Source: a bacterium (GTDB taxonomy: Bacteria > Fidelibacterota > UBA2242 > JAFGTP01). Taken from it: 32,000 nucleotides of DNA. The stretch lies in NCBI GenBank assembly GCA_035312185.1, contig DATGCI010000137.1, forward strand, positions 2,557-34,556, in the 5' to 3' direction. The position numbers and the translations under genes are program-made. The notes beneath the pieces were generated by a model. It did not search any database. It was not told where the DNA came from and worked only from the letters and a program-made list of their open reading frames with translations. Every line of letters starts with the position of its first letter. Positions within the stretch are counted from its first letter, which is position 1. Below, piece by piece: positions 9,543 through 19,181 of the stretch.

Positions 9543-12235
9543 TAATGGGCCTCATACCAGGATTTTCCAATTCCAATATCAACTCTGACTGGAATATCGA
9601 GTGTAAGTGCAGATTCCATCTCTTTTCTTACCATTTTTGTGAGTTCTTCGACTTCATCTTCAGGAACTTCAAAAATCAATTCATCATGGACCTGCAAAAT
9701 CATCTTAGTTTTCCAGTCTTCTTGATTTAGGCGTTTATCAATATTGATCATTGCTATTTTTATCATATCTGCTGCTGTTCCCTGAATTGGTAAATTGATA
9801 GCAGTTCGTTCAGCAGCTCTCTTTTTATTCTTATTGTCGCTATTGATGCCATGAGTATAGCGGATACGGCCTGCCAGTGTTTCTACATAGCCTTTTTGGC
9901 GGGCCCCATCAAGCGTATTTACAATGTATTGATTAATGCCGGGATAAGTGGAGAAATATTTATCTTTGAGCTCCCGGGCTTCAGCCATAGGAATATTGAG
10001 TTCATTGGACAATCTATAGGGCCCAGCGCCATACATAATCCCATAGTTAACAACTTTGGCAGCTCTGCGCATCTTAGAAGTGACCTCGTCCTCTTCCACT
10101 TTGTTAACCAGAGCCGCTGTTCTAGTGTGAATATCAACATCGTCACTCTGGAAAGCCTCAACAAGGTTGCTGTCTTGAGATAAATGAGCCATGATCCGTA
10201 ATTCAATTTGCGAATAATCGGCTGACAATATTTTGTAATTCTCCTGCTGAGGTTTGAAGGCTTTGCGAATCTGTTTACCAATATCTGTACGAATCGGAAT
10301 ATTCTGAAAATTAGGTTTGCTGCTGGTCAATCGACCAGTAGAAGCGATTGTCTGGTTAAATGATGTGTGAATGCGCCCGGTTTCGGGATTGACCATTTCC
10401 GGAAAAGCATCGAGATAGGTATTCTTGAGTTTGGTTAATTTTCTATATTCCAGCACCAGTCCGGGAATAGGATTTTTATCTTCCAATTTTTTAAGCACTT
10501 TTTCAGCAGTTGATCTTTTTCTGATCTGCGGTAATTCCAGCCGGTCAAATAAAATTTCGCTGAGCTGCTTTGGTGAATTAAGATTAAATTCTACACCTGC
10601 TTCCTCGTACACTTGTTCAGAAATATAATTGATCTTTTCTGTAATTTCAGCCGACATCTCTTCTAGATAAGGGATTTCAACATAGACACCATTTTGTTCC
10701 ATATCCATGAGGACAGGAATCAGGGGAATTTCAATATCATAATAAATTTCATCAAGATTTTTCTTTTCAAGTTTTTCTTTCAAAATGGGCGTCAGTTGAT
10801 AGGCAACATCGGCATCTTCACAAGCATAAAAAGTTATCTCCTCTAGCGGGACATCAGCCATTGACTTCTGATTTTTGCCTTTGCCAATTAGTTCCTCAAT
10901 TGGTTGCATTTTATAGTATAAATATTGCTGACTGAGTCGATCCAGGTTAAATTTCCTATTATCTGGCTGCAATAGGAAAGCAGCGATCATAGTATCAAAA
11001 TGTAATCCCTGGACATCAATTCCATATCGCCTTAGAATAAGCATGTCATATTTTAGATTTTGGCCACATTTTTTGATCTCAGGGTCTTCAAGGATCGGCT
11101 TCAATTTCTGGAGCGTTTCCAGCTGGGGTTTATCAGAGAACAAAGTCTTTTGCTTTGCAGCATAATTTACCGGAACATAGCTTCCACTATGTTTCTCCGC
11201 ACTCAATGAGACGCCCACAATTTCTGCCTGCATAGGATCCACAGATGTTGTTTCCAGATCTACGGATAAAAGATCAACATCCTTATATTTTTCTATAACT
11301 TGATCGAGATCTTTCTCAGTTTTAACTGCTTGATAATCTTTCTTTTTCCTAATCTTTTCCTGATCCTCCTGAAAGCGCTGAATAAGGGAATGGAATTCCA
11401 GGTCTTTGAAGAGTTCCATCAATTTATCTTTGTCAACCTGCTTGTGATTGAATTTTTCCAGATCTAATTTCACTGAAACATCAGTATCGATTTTGGTTAG
11501 TTTTTTGGAAAATTGAGCCTGCTCTTCACCCTTTTTAAGATAATTTCTAAGCCGTTTACTTTTTACTTTATCCAGATTATCATAGATATCTTCAATTGAC
11601 TCAAATTGGTTTAATAATTTTGCTGCTCTTTTTTCTCCAATTCCTTTTACTCCAGGAATATTATCAGAAGTATCACCCATTAAAGCCAGGAAATCAGCAA
11701 CCTGACCGGGCTTGATGTTCCATTTTTCCTGCAATTCTTTGCTGGTAATGATCTCATCTTTTTTCTTGCCTCGACCGGGTTTGAACATGTAAACATTATC
11801 ATCAAGAATCTGCATGAGGTCTTTGTCACCAGTTACCATATAGACTTCCAGATCTTCTTGATCAGCCTTGCGGGCTAAGGTTCCCAGCACATCATCAGCC
11901 TCGTAACCTGGCTCGATCAGAACTTCAATATTGAGAGCACTGGTTAGATCATGGATATAAGGCAGCTGCTTAACCAGATCTTCGGGCATGGCTTCTCGGG
12001 TGGCTTTATATTCAGGATAGATTTCATGTCGAAAGGTCTTTTCCGAAGCATCAAAAACCATGGCAATATGGTCGGGATTCTGATTTTCCAGAAGATTCAG
12101 CATAGAATTAACAAAAGCATAACAGGCTCCAGTAGGAAAGCCATCTGATCTGACCAGACCAGCTCTGATCATTCCAAAATAAGAACGGTAGGCTATAGCC
12201 GAACCATCTATAATATAAAGGTTTTCTTTCGACAT
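9542..12235 (-). CDS. polA: DNA polymerase I (5' nuclease, 3'-5' exonuclease and polymerase domains)
   Basis: 897 aa. Features read directly: the N-terminus LYIIDGSAIAYRSYF, the Exo I-like motif VDLETTS, the polymerase motif A region LSADYSQIELRIMAH, RRAAKVVNYGIMYG, and motif C QVHDELIFE. Confidence 0.97.
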   Translation of the reverse strand: MSKENLYIIDGSAIAYRSYFGMIRAGLVRSDGFPTGACYAFVNSMLNLLENQNPDHIAMVFDASEKTFRHEIYPEYKATREAMPEDLVKQLPYIHDLTSALNIEVLIEPGYEADDVLGTLARKADQEDLEVYMVTGDKDLMQILDDNVYMFKPGRGKKKDEIITSKELQEKWNIKPGQVADFLALMGDTSDNIPGVKGIGEKRAAKLLNQFESIEDIYDNLDKVKSKRLRNYLKKGEEQAQFSKKLTKIDTDVSVKLDLEKFNHKQVDKDKLMELFKDLEFHSLIQRFQEDQEKIRKKKDYQAVKTEKDLDQVIEKYKDVDLLSVDLETTSVDPMQAEIVGVSLSAEKHSGSYVPVNYAAKQKTLFSDKPQLETLQKLKPILEDPEIKKCGQNLKYDMLILRRYGIDVQGLHFDTMIAAFLLQPDNRKFNLDRLSQQYLYYKMQPIEELIGKGKNQKSMADVPLEEITFYACEDADVAYQLTPILKEKLEKKNLDEIYYDIEIPLIPVLMDMEQNGVYVEIPYLEEMSAEITEKINYISEQVYEEAGVEFNLNSPKQLSEILFDRLELPQIRKRSTAEKVLKKLEDKNPIPGLVLEYRKLTKLKNTYLDAFPEMVNPETGRIHTSFNQTIASTGRLTSSKPNFQNIPIRTDIGKQIRKAFKPQQENYKILSADYSQIELRIMAHLSQDSNLVEAFQSDDVDIHTRTAALVNKVEEDEVTSKMRRAAKVVNYGIMYGAGPYRLSNELNIPMAEARELKDKYFSTYPGINQYIVNTLDGARQKGYVETLAGRIRYTHGINSDNKNKKRAAERTAINLPIQGTAADMIKIAMINIDKRLNQEDWKTKMILQVHDELIFEVPEDEVEELTKMVRKEMESALTLDIPVRVDIGIGKSWYEAH

Positions 12236-12287
12236 ATTAAAGAGTCTCCTTACAGATTGTTTTTATATATTTTTTCGATCTAACCGG

Positions 12288-13076
12288 CTAGGGCTTAACT
12301 ATTATATAATTTAAATTTAATTTGCGCTCAATTTCCATCCCTATCTGTTTGGCTCTAGCCCGCGATGGATAGGGTCCCAGTTTGACAGCTTGAAACTTCT
12401 GATTGGTCTCTTTCTCCTGAAGGTAAGCTTTATACCCCTGTGATTTGAGTTCCTTCATCAAAGAGCGGGCATTATCAGGATTGGAGAAAACACCGATCTG
12501 AATAGAAAATTGTTCGGAGTCCTGGTGAGCCGGGCGACTTTTTCTCTGCCCCTCACTAATCGTGTACAGAGACAGATATTCCGAATCTTTCAGATAGGGT
12601 TGCAATTCCGGATAGCTATTTTCCAATTTGTTTCTATAAAAATCGATCAAGTCAGTCCTATTAATAGCCTTTAAGCTGCAAAACAGAAGAGGCACTACAT
12701 CTTTGGTCAATTCTGAATCCGAATGCTCGGTGATAAACTCTTTGGACATCTCCACAGTTTTATGATATAGGCCCGTGGTATAATTATATTTGATCAATTC
12801 AACAGTGGCTTTGAGAGCGGTTTGAGAATCAGGATATTGGTTTATTATCCGGTTATAGATGCGGACAGATGTTTCAGCATCATCTTCTACAACAGCAGAT
12901 AGAAAAAGCACTTCAGGATTATCTGGATAATTGTCCAGAAGCTGTTCTACGGCATTTCGAACCGATTTTAATTTGCCAGCCTCAATATCACGGTAATATT
13001 TCTCCAGATTTTGGCCAGTCAATAGAATTGTTGTGAAAATAAATAATGTAATTAATTTTTTCATAGCTCTAATCAT
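12288..13076 (-). CDS. SPOR-domain protein with signal peptide and TPR-like helical region
   Basis: The C-terminal FSIQIGVFSNPDNARSLMKELKSQGYKAYL...VKLGPYPSRARA fits the SPOR fold pattern. An alternative start MKKLITLF lies at 13064. Confidence 0.75.
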   Translation of the reverse strand: MIRAMKKLITLFIFTTILLTGQNLEKYYRDIEAGKLKSVRNAVEQLLDNYPDNPEVLFLSAVVEDDAETSVRIYNRIINQYPDSQTALKATVELIKYNYTTGLYHKTVEMSKEFITEHSDSELTKDVVPLLFCSLKAINRTDLIDFYRNKLENSYPELQPYLKDSEYLSLYTISEGQRKSRPAHQDSEQFSIQIGVFSNPDNARSLMKELKSQGYKAYLQEKETNQKFQAVKLGPYPSRARAKQIGMEIERKLNLNYIIVKP

Positions 13077-14214
13077 TAAAAAATGTATCGATTAAACCGC
13101 ATTCCGGACAGATCCAGGATATTTTATCAACCTTATGTCCACAATTGGAGCAAACATATTCATTTTTACGTTCAATTTGCTCCATAATATCAATAAGTAA
13201 ATTTTTTGTTTTATGGCTATTGTCATCAACGAGAATGCGGGCCAGACTGATCTTGGCTTTTAAAGATTCAGGATGCTTGTCAATAATATTTTCGATCAGG
13301 GAAATGGCTTCATCAGTTTTTCCCTTGCGAACTTTATATTCAGCCAGTTCAATGCTCGTTTCCAGATGATAGGGTACTTCTTCCAGCACATCTTTGTAAT
13401 AATTGTAAATTTCGTCAAAACGATTCTGCTGAAAGAGCACTTTTTTGAGTTGGGGATAGATCAAGTGGGAGCGTTGAGGGGCTTTATCCAGAAATTTTTT
13501 CCACCATTCTATAGCATCATCCGGACGATCATCTTTAATATAAGAGTCAGCCATATAATAATAGGGCGCCTCACAGCTGCGATCGTATTTGCGAGCCTTG
13601 CGAAATATCAAGCGGGCGTCATGATAATTTTTATTATCATATTTTTGAAGTCCTTCTCTGGTTTTGTAGATTGCTAGCAAACGTTTATTGGACTTATTTT
13701 TCTTATCATAAGTCTTTAAATGCTCAAAAGCCTCTTTCCAGCGATTCAAATCCCGGTATAATTTCCAGGCCGTTTTCAAAGCCCATTCATTGTCACTGTC
13801 CAAGTCAAGGACTTCCTGAGTAGTTTTTATAGCTTTTTCTTTATCATCAAGAGCTTTATAATCCTCAGTCACTTGAGTCAGAACACTAATTCTTTGACTT
13901 TTAGTAATGTTCTGGCGAAAAAGGAGACTTTTATGAATCTTAAGAGCTTTCCCCGGCTTATCCACTTTTCGGAAAAGCATGCCCAATTTGATATAAACAT
14001 CAATATTTTTGGTATGTTCTGTGTCATTGTAAACATATTTCTTAAAACAGTCGATAGCCTCCTGATAATTACCACTGATCATATGATTGAGGCCGCGTGT
14101 ATATAGGCTTCCACTATCTTCCTGTCCCCTATTTGAGAAGAAAAAATAGTAGATCACCCAGGCTAAAATAGCCACGACAATAATTATTGCTGGAATGAGA
14201 ATATTTGCACCCAT
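13069..14214 (-). CDS. lapB: LapB/YciM-like protein: N-terminal TM helix, TPR repeats and a C-terminal rubredoxin-like zinc finger
   Basis: 381 aa. One N-terminal TM segment is followed by repeated TPR-like helices. The C-terminus reads CSNCGHKVDKISWICPECG. It lies immediately downstream of a LapA-like gene. Confidence 0.7.
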   Translation of the reverse strand: MGANILIPAIIIVVAILAWVIYYFFFSNRGQEDSGSLYTRGLNHMISGNYQEAIDCFKKYVYNDTEHTKNIDVYIKLGMLFRKVDKPGKALKIHKSLLFRQNITKSQRISVLTQVTEDYKALDDKEKAIKTTQEVLDLDSDNEWALKTAWKLYRDLNRWKEAFEHLKTYDKKNKSNKRLLAIYKTREGLQKYDNKNYHDARLIFRKARKYDRSCEAPYYYMADSYIKDDRPDDAIEWWKKFLDKAPQRSHLIYPQLKKVLFQQNRFDEIYNYYKDVLEEVPYHLETSIELAEYKVRKGKTDEAISLIENIIDKHPESLKAKISLARILVDDNSHKTKNLLIDIMEQIERKNEYVCSNCGHKVDKISWICPECGLIDTFFND

Positions 14215-14235
14215 AATATTACCTGTTTTTATAAC

Positions 14236-14541
14236 TTATTCTTCTTCAATTTCTTTCAATTCTTTGTTCCTGAGCAAATTAACTTCTTTTTCTAACTTTT
14301 CATATTCTTTTGTAATGACTCTAAGTTTTCTTTTGACCTTGATCAACTGAATTCCAGAAAAAAGCATTCCGAAAATTGTTCCCAATATAAAAGCAATAGT
14401 AACAACCACAATCATTTCAGTAGATATAATGTTTTCATTGGAGAAAAATTTAATACTTACTGGTTGTCCAATATTTTGTACAACAAACAAAACAATAAAA
14501 ACAAGCAGGAGGAAAAATAAGATTACTTTTGCAATTTTCAT
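14236..14541 (-). CDS. lapA: LapA-like (DUF1049) small inner-membrane protein with a C-terminal coiled coil
   Basis: Two TM segments (MKIAKVILFFLLLVFIVLFVVQN... and VVVTIAFILGTIFGMLF) are followed by a basic/coiled tail. I prefer the ATG at 14541, which has GGTGGAGG 5 nt upstream, over the track's GTG at 14553. Confidence 0.6.
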   Translation of the reverse strand: MKIAKVILFFLLLVFIVLFVVQNIGQPVSIKFFSNENIISTEMIVVVTIAFILGTIFGMLFSGIQLIKVKRKLRVITKEYEKLEKEVNLLRNKELKEIEEE

Positions 14542-14583
14542 GGCGACCTCCACCTAGGTTAATTTTTATAATAATTTCCGAAA

Positions 14584-15876
14584 CTATTCTTCAATTTCAC
14601 CGAAGAGTGAGACTCCGGCAGTTTCGGTTATTTTTACATCAGAAAATTGGCCTACAGTGCCCTGGCCGGACTTCATGATGACCAATTTATCGCTTTCCGT
14701 TCTGCCCACCAGCTCATCTGGATCTTTCTTACTGGGACCTTCTACAAGAACCTCCATAGTCTGGCCAATTAATTTTCGATTCTTCTTGCGGGTGTGAGAA
14801 TGCTGAAGTTTAATGACCTCTTGCAGACGTTCATTTTTTAATTTATAAGGAATATTATCCTCCAGATTTCGGGCAGCATAAGTTCCCGGCCGTGGCGAAT
14901 ACTGGAACATAAAAGCATTATCAAATTCGACCTTTTTCATGACATCGATTGTATCAGCAAAATCCTGATCCGATTCTCCTGGAAATCCAACAATCACATC
15001 GGTTGTCAAAGCAATTCCCGGAATAATGGTTTTGATTTCATTCGCCAGTTCAAGATATTCTTCCTTTGTATAGGTGCGGTTCATAGCCTCCAGGATTTTT
15101 GTAGAACCGGATTGAAGAGGTAAATGAATATGATTGCAAATATTATCATATTTGCCCATAACTTTTAACATCTCAGTGGTAAAATCACTGGGATGCGGAG
15201 ACATGAAACGAATTCGACGAATACCATCCACCTGAGCAACACCTTCAAGTACATCGCTAAAGACTTTGCCTTCATAATTATATGCATTAACATTTTGACC
15301 TAGTAATGTTATCTGAGGAATACCCTCTTGAGCGATATTCCGGGCCCGTTTCAATATTGAGTCTAAAGGCCTTGATCTTTCCCTTCCCCTTGTAAAAGGA
15401 ACGATACAATAGGAACAAAATTGATTGCAGCCCCGCATAATTGAAATCCAGGCATTTAGATCATTATCCCGATGAGGTTCCACATCATCATATAACTCTT
15501 CTTTTGATAATTGGGTATGGCCGTAGGGTAACTGCTGATTATCCAGGATTTCATCAAATTTTCTATAAGAATCAGGACCTAATAAAATATCAATAAAATC
15601 ATATTTTTGTTGCAATTTTTCTTTACCACGAGCAGGAACGCATCCCAATAAACCCAATTTGACATCATCATTTTTTTTGTAGCCTTTATACTGGGCCAAT
15701 CGAGCAATTGCCCGGTCTTCTGCGTTTTCCCTGACCGAGCAGGAATTTACCAGAATCATATCAGCTTCTTTAGCATTGTCTGTTCTCTGGTAGCCATATC
15801 TTTCGATAATAGAAGCCACAATCTCTGAATCAGCCTCATTCATCTGGCAACCATAAGTTTCAAGATAATATTTCAT
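14584..15876 (-). CDS. miaB: tRNA-i6A37 methylthiotransferase MiaB (radical SAM)
   Basis: MKYYLETYGCQMNEADSE marks the UPF0004 N-terminal domain. The radical-SAM CxxxCxxC motif reads GCNQFCSYCIVP. A C-terminal TRAM-like region is present. Confidence 0.92.
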   Translation of the reverse strand: MKYYLETYGCQMNEADSEIVASIIERYGYQRTDNAKEADMILVNSCSVRENAEDRAIARLAQYKGYKKNDDVKLGLLGCVPARGKEKLQQKYDFIDILLGPDSYRKFDEILDNQQLPYGHTQLSKEELYDDVEPHRDNDLNAWISIMRGCNQFCSYCIVPFTRGRERSRPLDSILKRARNIAQEGIPQITLLGQNVNAYNYEGKVFSDVLEGVAQVDGIRRIRFMSPHPSDFTTEMLKVMGKYDNICNHIHLPLQSGSTKILEAMNRTYTKEEYLELANEIKTIIPGIALTTDVIVGFPGESDQDFADTIDVMKKVEFDNAFMFQYSPRPGTYAARNLEDNIPYKLKNERLQEVIKLQHSHTRKKNRKLIGQTMEVLVEGPSKKDPDELVGRTESDKLVIMKSGQGTVGQFSDVKITETAGVSLFGEIEE

Positions 15877-15979
15877 ATAGAGACGTTCTCTTCCTTTCTT
15901 ACTGCAATGATTAAGTTAAGAATAATACCAATTTTATTAAAGGAAATATTTGTTAGCGCTTATAGAGAAAAAATAATGA

Positions 15980-16891
15980 TCAGTCCAAAAAGCCCTGGAA
16001 ATAATACTTAGCAGGATTCTTTTTTATACCATAACGGCGTACTTCATAATGCAGGTGAGGGCCAGTACTGCGACCACTGGAGCCAATCTCGCCAATTTTT
16101 TCACCTCTTTTAACTTCCTGTCCGGCATCTACATCATACCTAAGAAGGTGGGCATAAACTGTAGTATATCCATTCCCATGGTCTACATAAACAAGCCGGC
16201 CGTAAGAATGACTATAACGTACTTTGCGTACCACCCCATCAGCGGTAACCAAAACCGATGTCCCTGCTGGTGCAGCAAAGTCAAGACCCCAGTGAAATTT
16301 ACGCTCATTTGTAAAAGGATCCCTTCGATAGCCAAAGCCATCACTAATATAAGCGGCTCGGTCAACCGGTCTTATTGAAGGCGTTGATTTAATCTTGTCA
16401 GAATATTTGCGAAAAGATTCGTAGATCTTGTTGTAGCTAATTCTTTCTAGCTTTATCTTACGCTCTAACCGATCCAGGTCACGAATCAGAGTTGAAATCT
16501 CGAGAGAATCACCAGGCATTAATTTATCCATAGCCTGAGTTTTCTGGATAATTTTTCCACCTATACCGATCTTATTAATGTCTTTATCTATGGAGGGTAA
16601 ATTTACATATGTTCGCAAGGCCTGATCCTTTTTCTCCAGGCTAGATATACTGGATTCCATTTCATCTATCTTTGTGCGGGCCTGCTGAACTGTTTTTGCT
16701 AATTTTTGATTACCCTGTTTTACTTTTGTGAGCTGGGCTTTGTATAAATAGCTCATAAAAAACTTTGCTCCCAGCAAACTTAATGTCAAAACGAGGAGCA
16801 AAAACACAACACCGGAGATTACTAATCTCCGTGTATTTAATTCAATTATATTGGAACTATCATCTGTATTTAAAAACAAGAATTTTTTCAC
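15980..16891 (-). CDS. M23 family metallopeptidase (murein endopeptidase, EnvC/MepM-like) with N-terminal TM and coiled coil
   Basis: HWGLDFAAPAGTSVLVTADG matches HxxxD. The C-terminal GSSGRSTGPHLHYEV matches HxH. Confidence 0.9.
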   Translation of the reverse strand: MKKFLFLNTDDSSNIIELNTRRLVISGVVFLLLVLTLSLLGAKFFMSYLYKAQLTKVKQGNQKLAKTVQQARTKIDEMESSISSLEKKDQALRTYVNLPSIDKDINKIGIGGKIIQKTQAMDKLMPGDSLEISTLIRDLDRLERKIKLERISYNKIYESFRKYSDKIKSTPSIRPVDRAAYISDGFGYRRDPFTNERKFHWGLDFAAPAGTSVLVTADGVVRKVRYSHSYGRLVYVDHGNGYTTVYAHLLRYDVDAGQEVKRGEKIGEIGSSGRSTGPHLHYEVRRYGIKKNPAKYYFQGFLD

Positions 16892-16982
16892 AATTCTACC
16901 ATCATAGATTACAAACTGTCTAGTGTTTACAATTTAAATTTTTTATGGTAATATTACAACTAATAATTGCAGAATCACAAAT

Positions 16983-17822
16983 TTACAAATACCTTTGTAA
17001 ATGTGAAATCCGTGAAATATGGCGTAACTTCCTGAGAGCTCGTTCTTTGATCTGACGAATGCGTTCCCGTGTCAGATCAAAAATTTCTCCGATTTCTTCT
17101 AGTGTAGCTGGTCTTTCCTGGTCAACTCCAAAATACAATTTCAGAATCTTTTTTTCTCTGGGTTCAAGAGTGTTCAAAGCATGATTCAATTCCTGTTTAA
17201 AAGATTTTTCAAATTGCACCTTTTGCGGAGAACCGTCCTCCTCTGAGGGTAGGATATCTTTTAAAGTATTTTTACTGTCGTCATCAAGAGGAGCATCTAT
17301 GCTCATTGTGCGATTGTTATACTGTTTAAGGGTGGATTTCTTAATGTCCTCGGATTCCATAATTTCATCCAGTTCCTTGGCCGTTGGTTCTCTTTCAAAA
17401 TCCTTGGCAAATTGCGCAGATACCTTCGATATTTTGTTTATATCCCCCACAATATTGAGTGGTAAACGGATCAGCCGAGAATGCTCAGAAATTGCCTGTA
17501 ATATCGTTTGCCTGATCCACCAAACAGCATAACTAATAAACTTAAATCCCTTGGTTTCATCAAATCGTTTAGCCGCTTTAATTAAACCGATATTGCCTTC
17601 ATTAATTAAATCACCCAGAGATAGATTGTGACCCTGATATTTTTTGGCAACTGAAACAACAAAACGAAGATTAGCCCGTAGCAGCTTATCAAGTGCCTTT
17701 GAATCACCTTTTTTGACTTTTTTAACTACCTCAACTTCTTCTTCAGGACTTAAAGGCTTCTCATTTCCGATTTCTTTGAAATATTGCTTTAAAATATGAT
17801 TGTAACTATTGGATGGCGCCAT
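16983..17822 (-). CDS. rpoD: Primary-type sigma-70 family factor, short form lacking region 1.1 (Bacteroidota sigma-AB-like)
   Basis: 279 aa. Region 2 reads ANLRFVVSVAKKYQGHNLSLGDLINEGNIGLIKAAKRFDETKGFKFISYAVWWIRQTILQAI. Region 4.2 reads TLEEIGEIFDLTRERIRQIKERALRKLRH. From memory, this is very close to the roughly 285-aa primary sigma factors of Bacteroidota. Confidence 0.85.
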   Translation of the reverse strand: MAPSNSYNHILKQYFKEIGNEKPLSPEEEVEVVKKVKKGDSKALDKLLRANLRFVVSVAKKYQGHNLSLGDLINEGNIGLIKAAKRFDETKGFKFISYAVWWIRQTILQAISEHSRLIRLPLNIVGDINKISKVSAQFAKDFEREPTAKELDEIMESEDIKKSTLKQYNNRTMSIDAPLDDDSKNTLKDILPSEEDGSPQKVQFEKSFKQELNHALNTLEPREKKILKLYFGVDQERPATLEEIGEIFDLTRERIRQIKERALRKLRHISRISHLQRYL

Positions 17823-17857
17823 AAAATTCCCAGATTAAATTTAACCATATTTTTCGG

Positions 17858-18301
17858 TTAATCATTTTTACTGGATTTTTCCTCGTTTTCCTCACTTTCT
17901 TCGCTTTCAACCTGCTTATTGGGCTCTTCCTTTGATTTTCCATCAGTTCTTTTTTCTTCTACGGGGGTTTCAGCTGCTTCCTTCTTAATCTTTTCTAGTT
18001 TTTCTTCTAGTTCTTTCAACTTCTCATCAATTTCATGAATATCATCAATGTAGCCAGATACTTTTTCATTATCAGCAACTTCTTCTTTATCTTCTATTAA
18101 TTCCAGTGTAATTTTACCAATTTTTCGAAGAATTTTGTCCTTCTTTTTCTTTAATTGAAGCCTGTCCAGTTTTATTCTGCCCATTCGAGACATTTTCTCT
18201 GCCTTAACCGAAGCTTCCCGGGTAAAGTCACCAGCCTTGTCAGCTGCTTTAGAAACAAAATCTTCCATTTTACCTCTGATTTTATCCCAATCTATAGCCA
18301 T
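17858..18301 (-). CDS. Hypothetical coiled-coil protein with an acidic/lysine-rich tail
   Basis: 147 aa with a clean ATG. It is co-directional with rpoD, 35 bp upstream of it. No motif was recognised. Confidence 0.6.
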   Translation of the reverse strand: MAIDWDKIRGKMEDFVSKAADKAGDFTREASVKAEKMSRMGRIKLDRLQLKKKKDKILRKIGKITLELIEDKEEVADNEKVSGYIDDIHEIDEKLKELEEKLEKIKKEAAETPVEEKRTDGKSKEEPNKQVESEESEENEEKSSKND

Positions 18302-18386
18302 GGTCTTACCTCCTTATATATTGAATATGATATGGATGCTAATTTTGTTAAATAAATGCTTTTCTCTTCTACAATTATACTCTTTT

Positions 18387-18417
18387 CAAAAGTATTCATT
18401 TTTTGTGTATTTTCAAA
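18387..18417 (-). promoter_or_regulatory. Candidate FCB-type sigma-A promoter TTTG-N19-TACTTTTG driving the coiled-coil gene and rpoD
   Basis: The reverse complement of 18387-18394 is TACTTTTG (TAnnTTTG). The reverse complement of 18414-18417 is TTTG. The spacer is exactly 19 nt. The -7 box ends about 85 nt upstream of the ATG at 18301. Confidence 0.45.
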
Positions 18418-18534
18418 ATGTTAAATAAAAAATAATGAAATAATTTTACTATTGGGAAATCAAGGAATGCTAGTGGACTAAATTTTATTTTTTCATATCA
18501 TTAATAATTGTATTAGAAATATTTTTTTTAAAAC

Positions 18535-19122
18535 TCATTTTGATAGGAAGTCACTTTTAGGATCAAAAAATCGCCAGGGTTTGGATTTATCCGGACCAGA
18601 ATAATCAATATTAATTCGAGGTGAACTGGCAATTGATATTTTTTCATTGCTATTACTGATATATAATTCTCCCCCATTTTTTAGATCATAGCCGTATAAT
18701 TGCTTATCAATGCGCAAAGACTGACATAGTTTAGATGGACCGTTTGTCAGATTTTTAATTTTACTGATTTCAGTCTTACGGTATTCTCTCATGTTTTCTA
18801 GCCCTACGATCGGCTCTAGAGCACGGATGAATACTGCCTGAGGAATAGATTCATGATTTGCCACAATATTCAAACATTGATAAATTCCATAGATTGTGTA
18901 AACATATGCAAATCCACCCTCACCATATAGAATCTCAGTTCGTTTGGTCTTTTTACCTCTATAAGTATGACTGGCCCGGTCATCAATACCCATATAGGCT
19001 TCTGTTTCTACAATCTTGCCAGTGAGTTCGTGTCCATCAATAGTTCTGGTAATATGTTTACCTATTAAATCTTTTGCCAGACTAATGGCGTCCTGATTAA
19101 AAAATTCCTCTGAAGTGATCAA
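18535..19122 (-). CDS. mpg: DNA-3-methyladenine glycosylase (AAG/MPG family)
   Basis: The stretch LAKDLIGKHI...GKIVETEAYMGIDDRASHTYRGKKTKRTEILYGEGGFAYVYTIYGIYQCLNIV is typical of the family. The start is TTG at 19122. Confidence 0.88.
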   Translation of the reverse strand: MITSEEFFNQDAISLAKDLIGKHITRTIDGHELTGKIVETEAYMGIDDRASHTYRGKKTKRTEILYGEGGFAYVYTIYGIYQCLNIVANHESIPQAVFIRALEPIVGLENMREYRKTEISKIKNLTNGPSKLCQSLRIDKQLYGYDLKNGGELYISNSNEKISIASSPRINIDYSGPDKSKPWRFFDPKSDFLSK

Positions 19123-19181
19123 GATTTAATTTCCCCTGGTATTAGGTTTGCCATAAATCCCAAAATTATAAGATAGATATT

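Noticed and set aside
9851-14106. Listed antisense or alternative-frame ORFs within polA and lapB (for example 9851..10183+, 9919..10281-, 13273..13677+, 13873..14106+)
   Set aside because: They lie inside strongly supported genes and have no motifs. Their hydrophobic, low-complexity composition is typical of antisense frames in AT-rich genomes.
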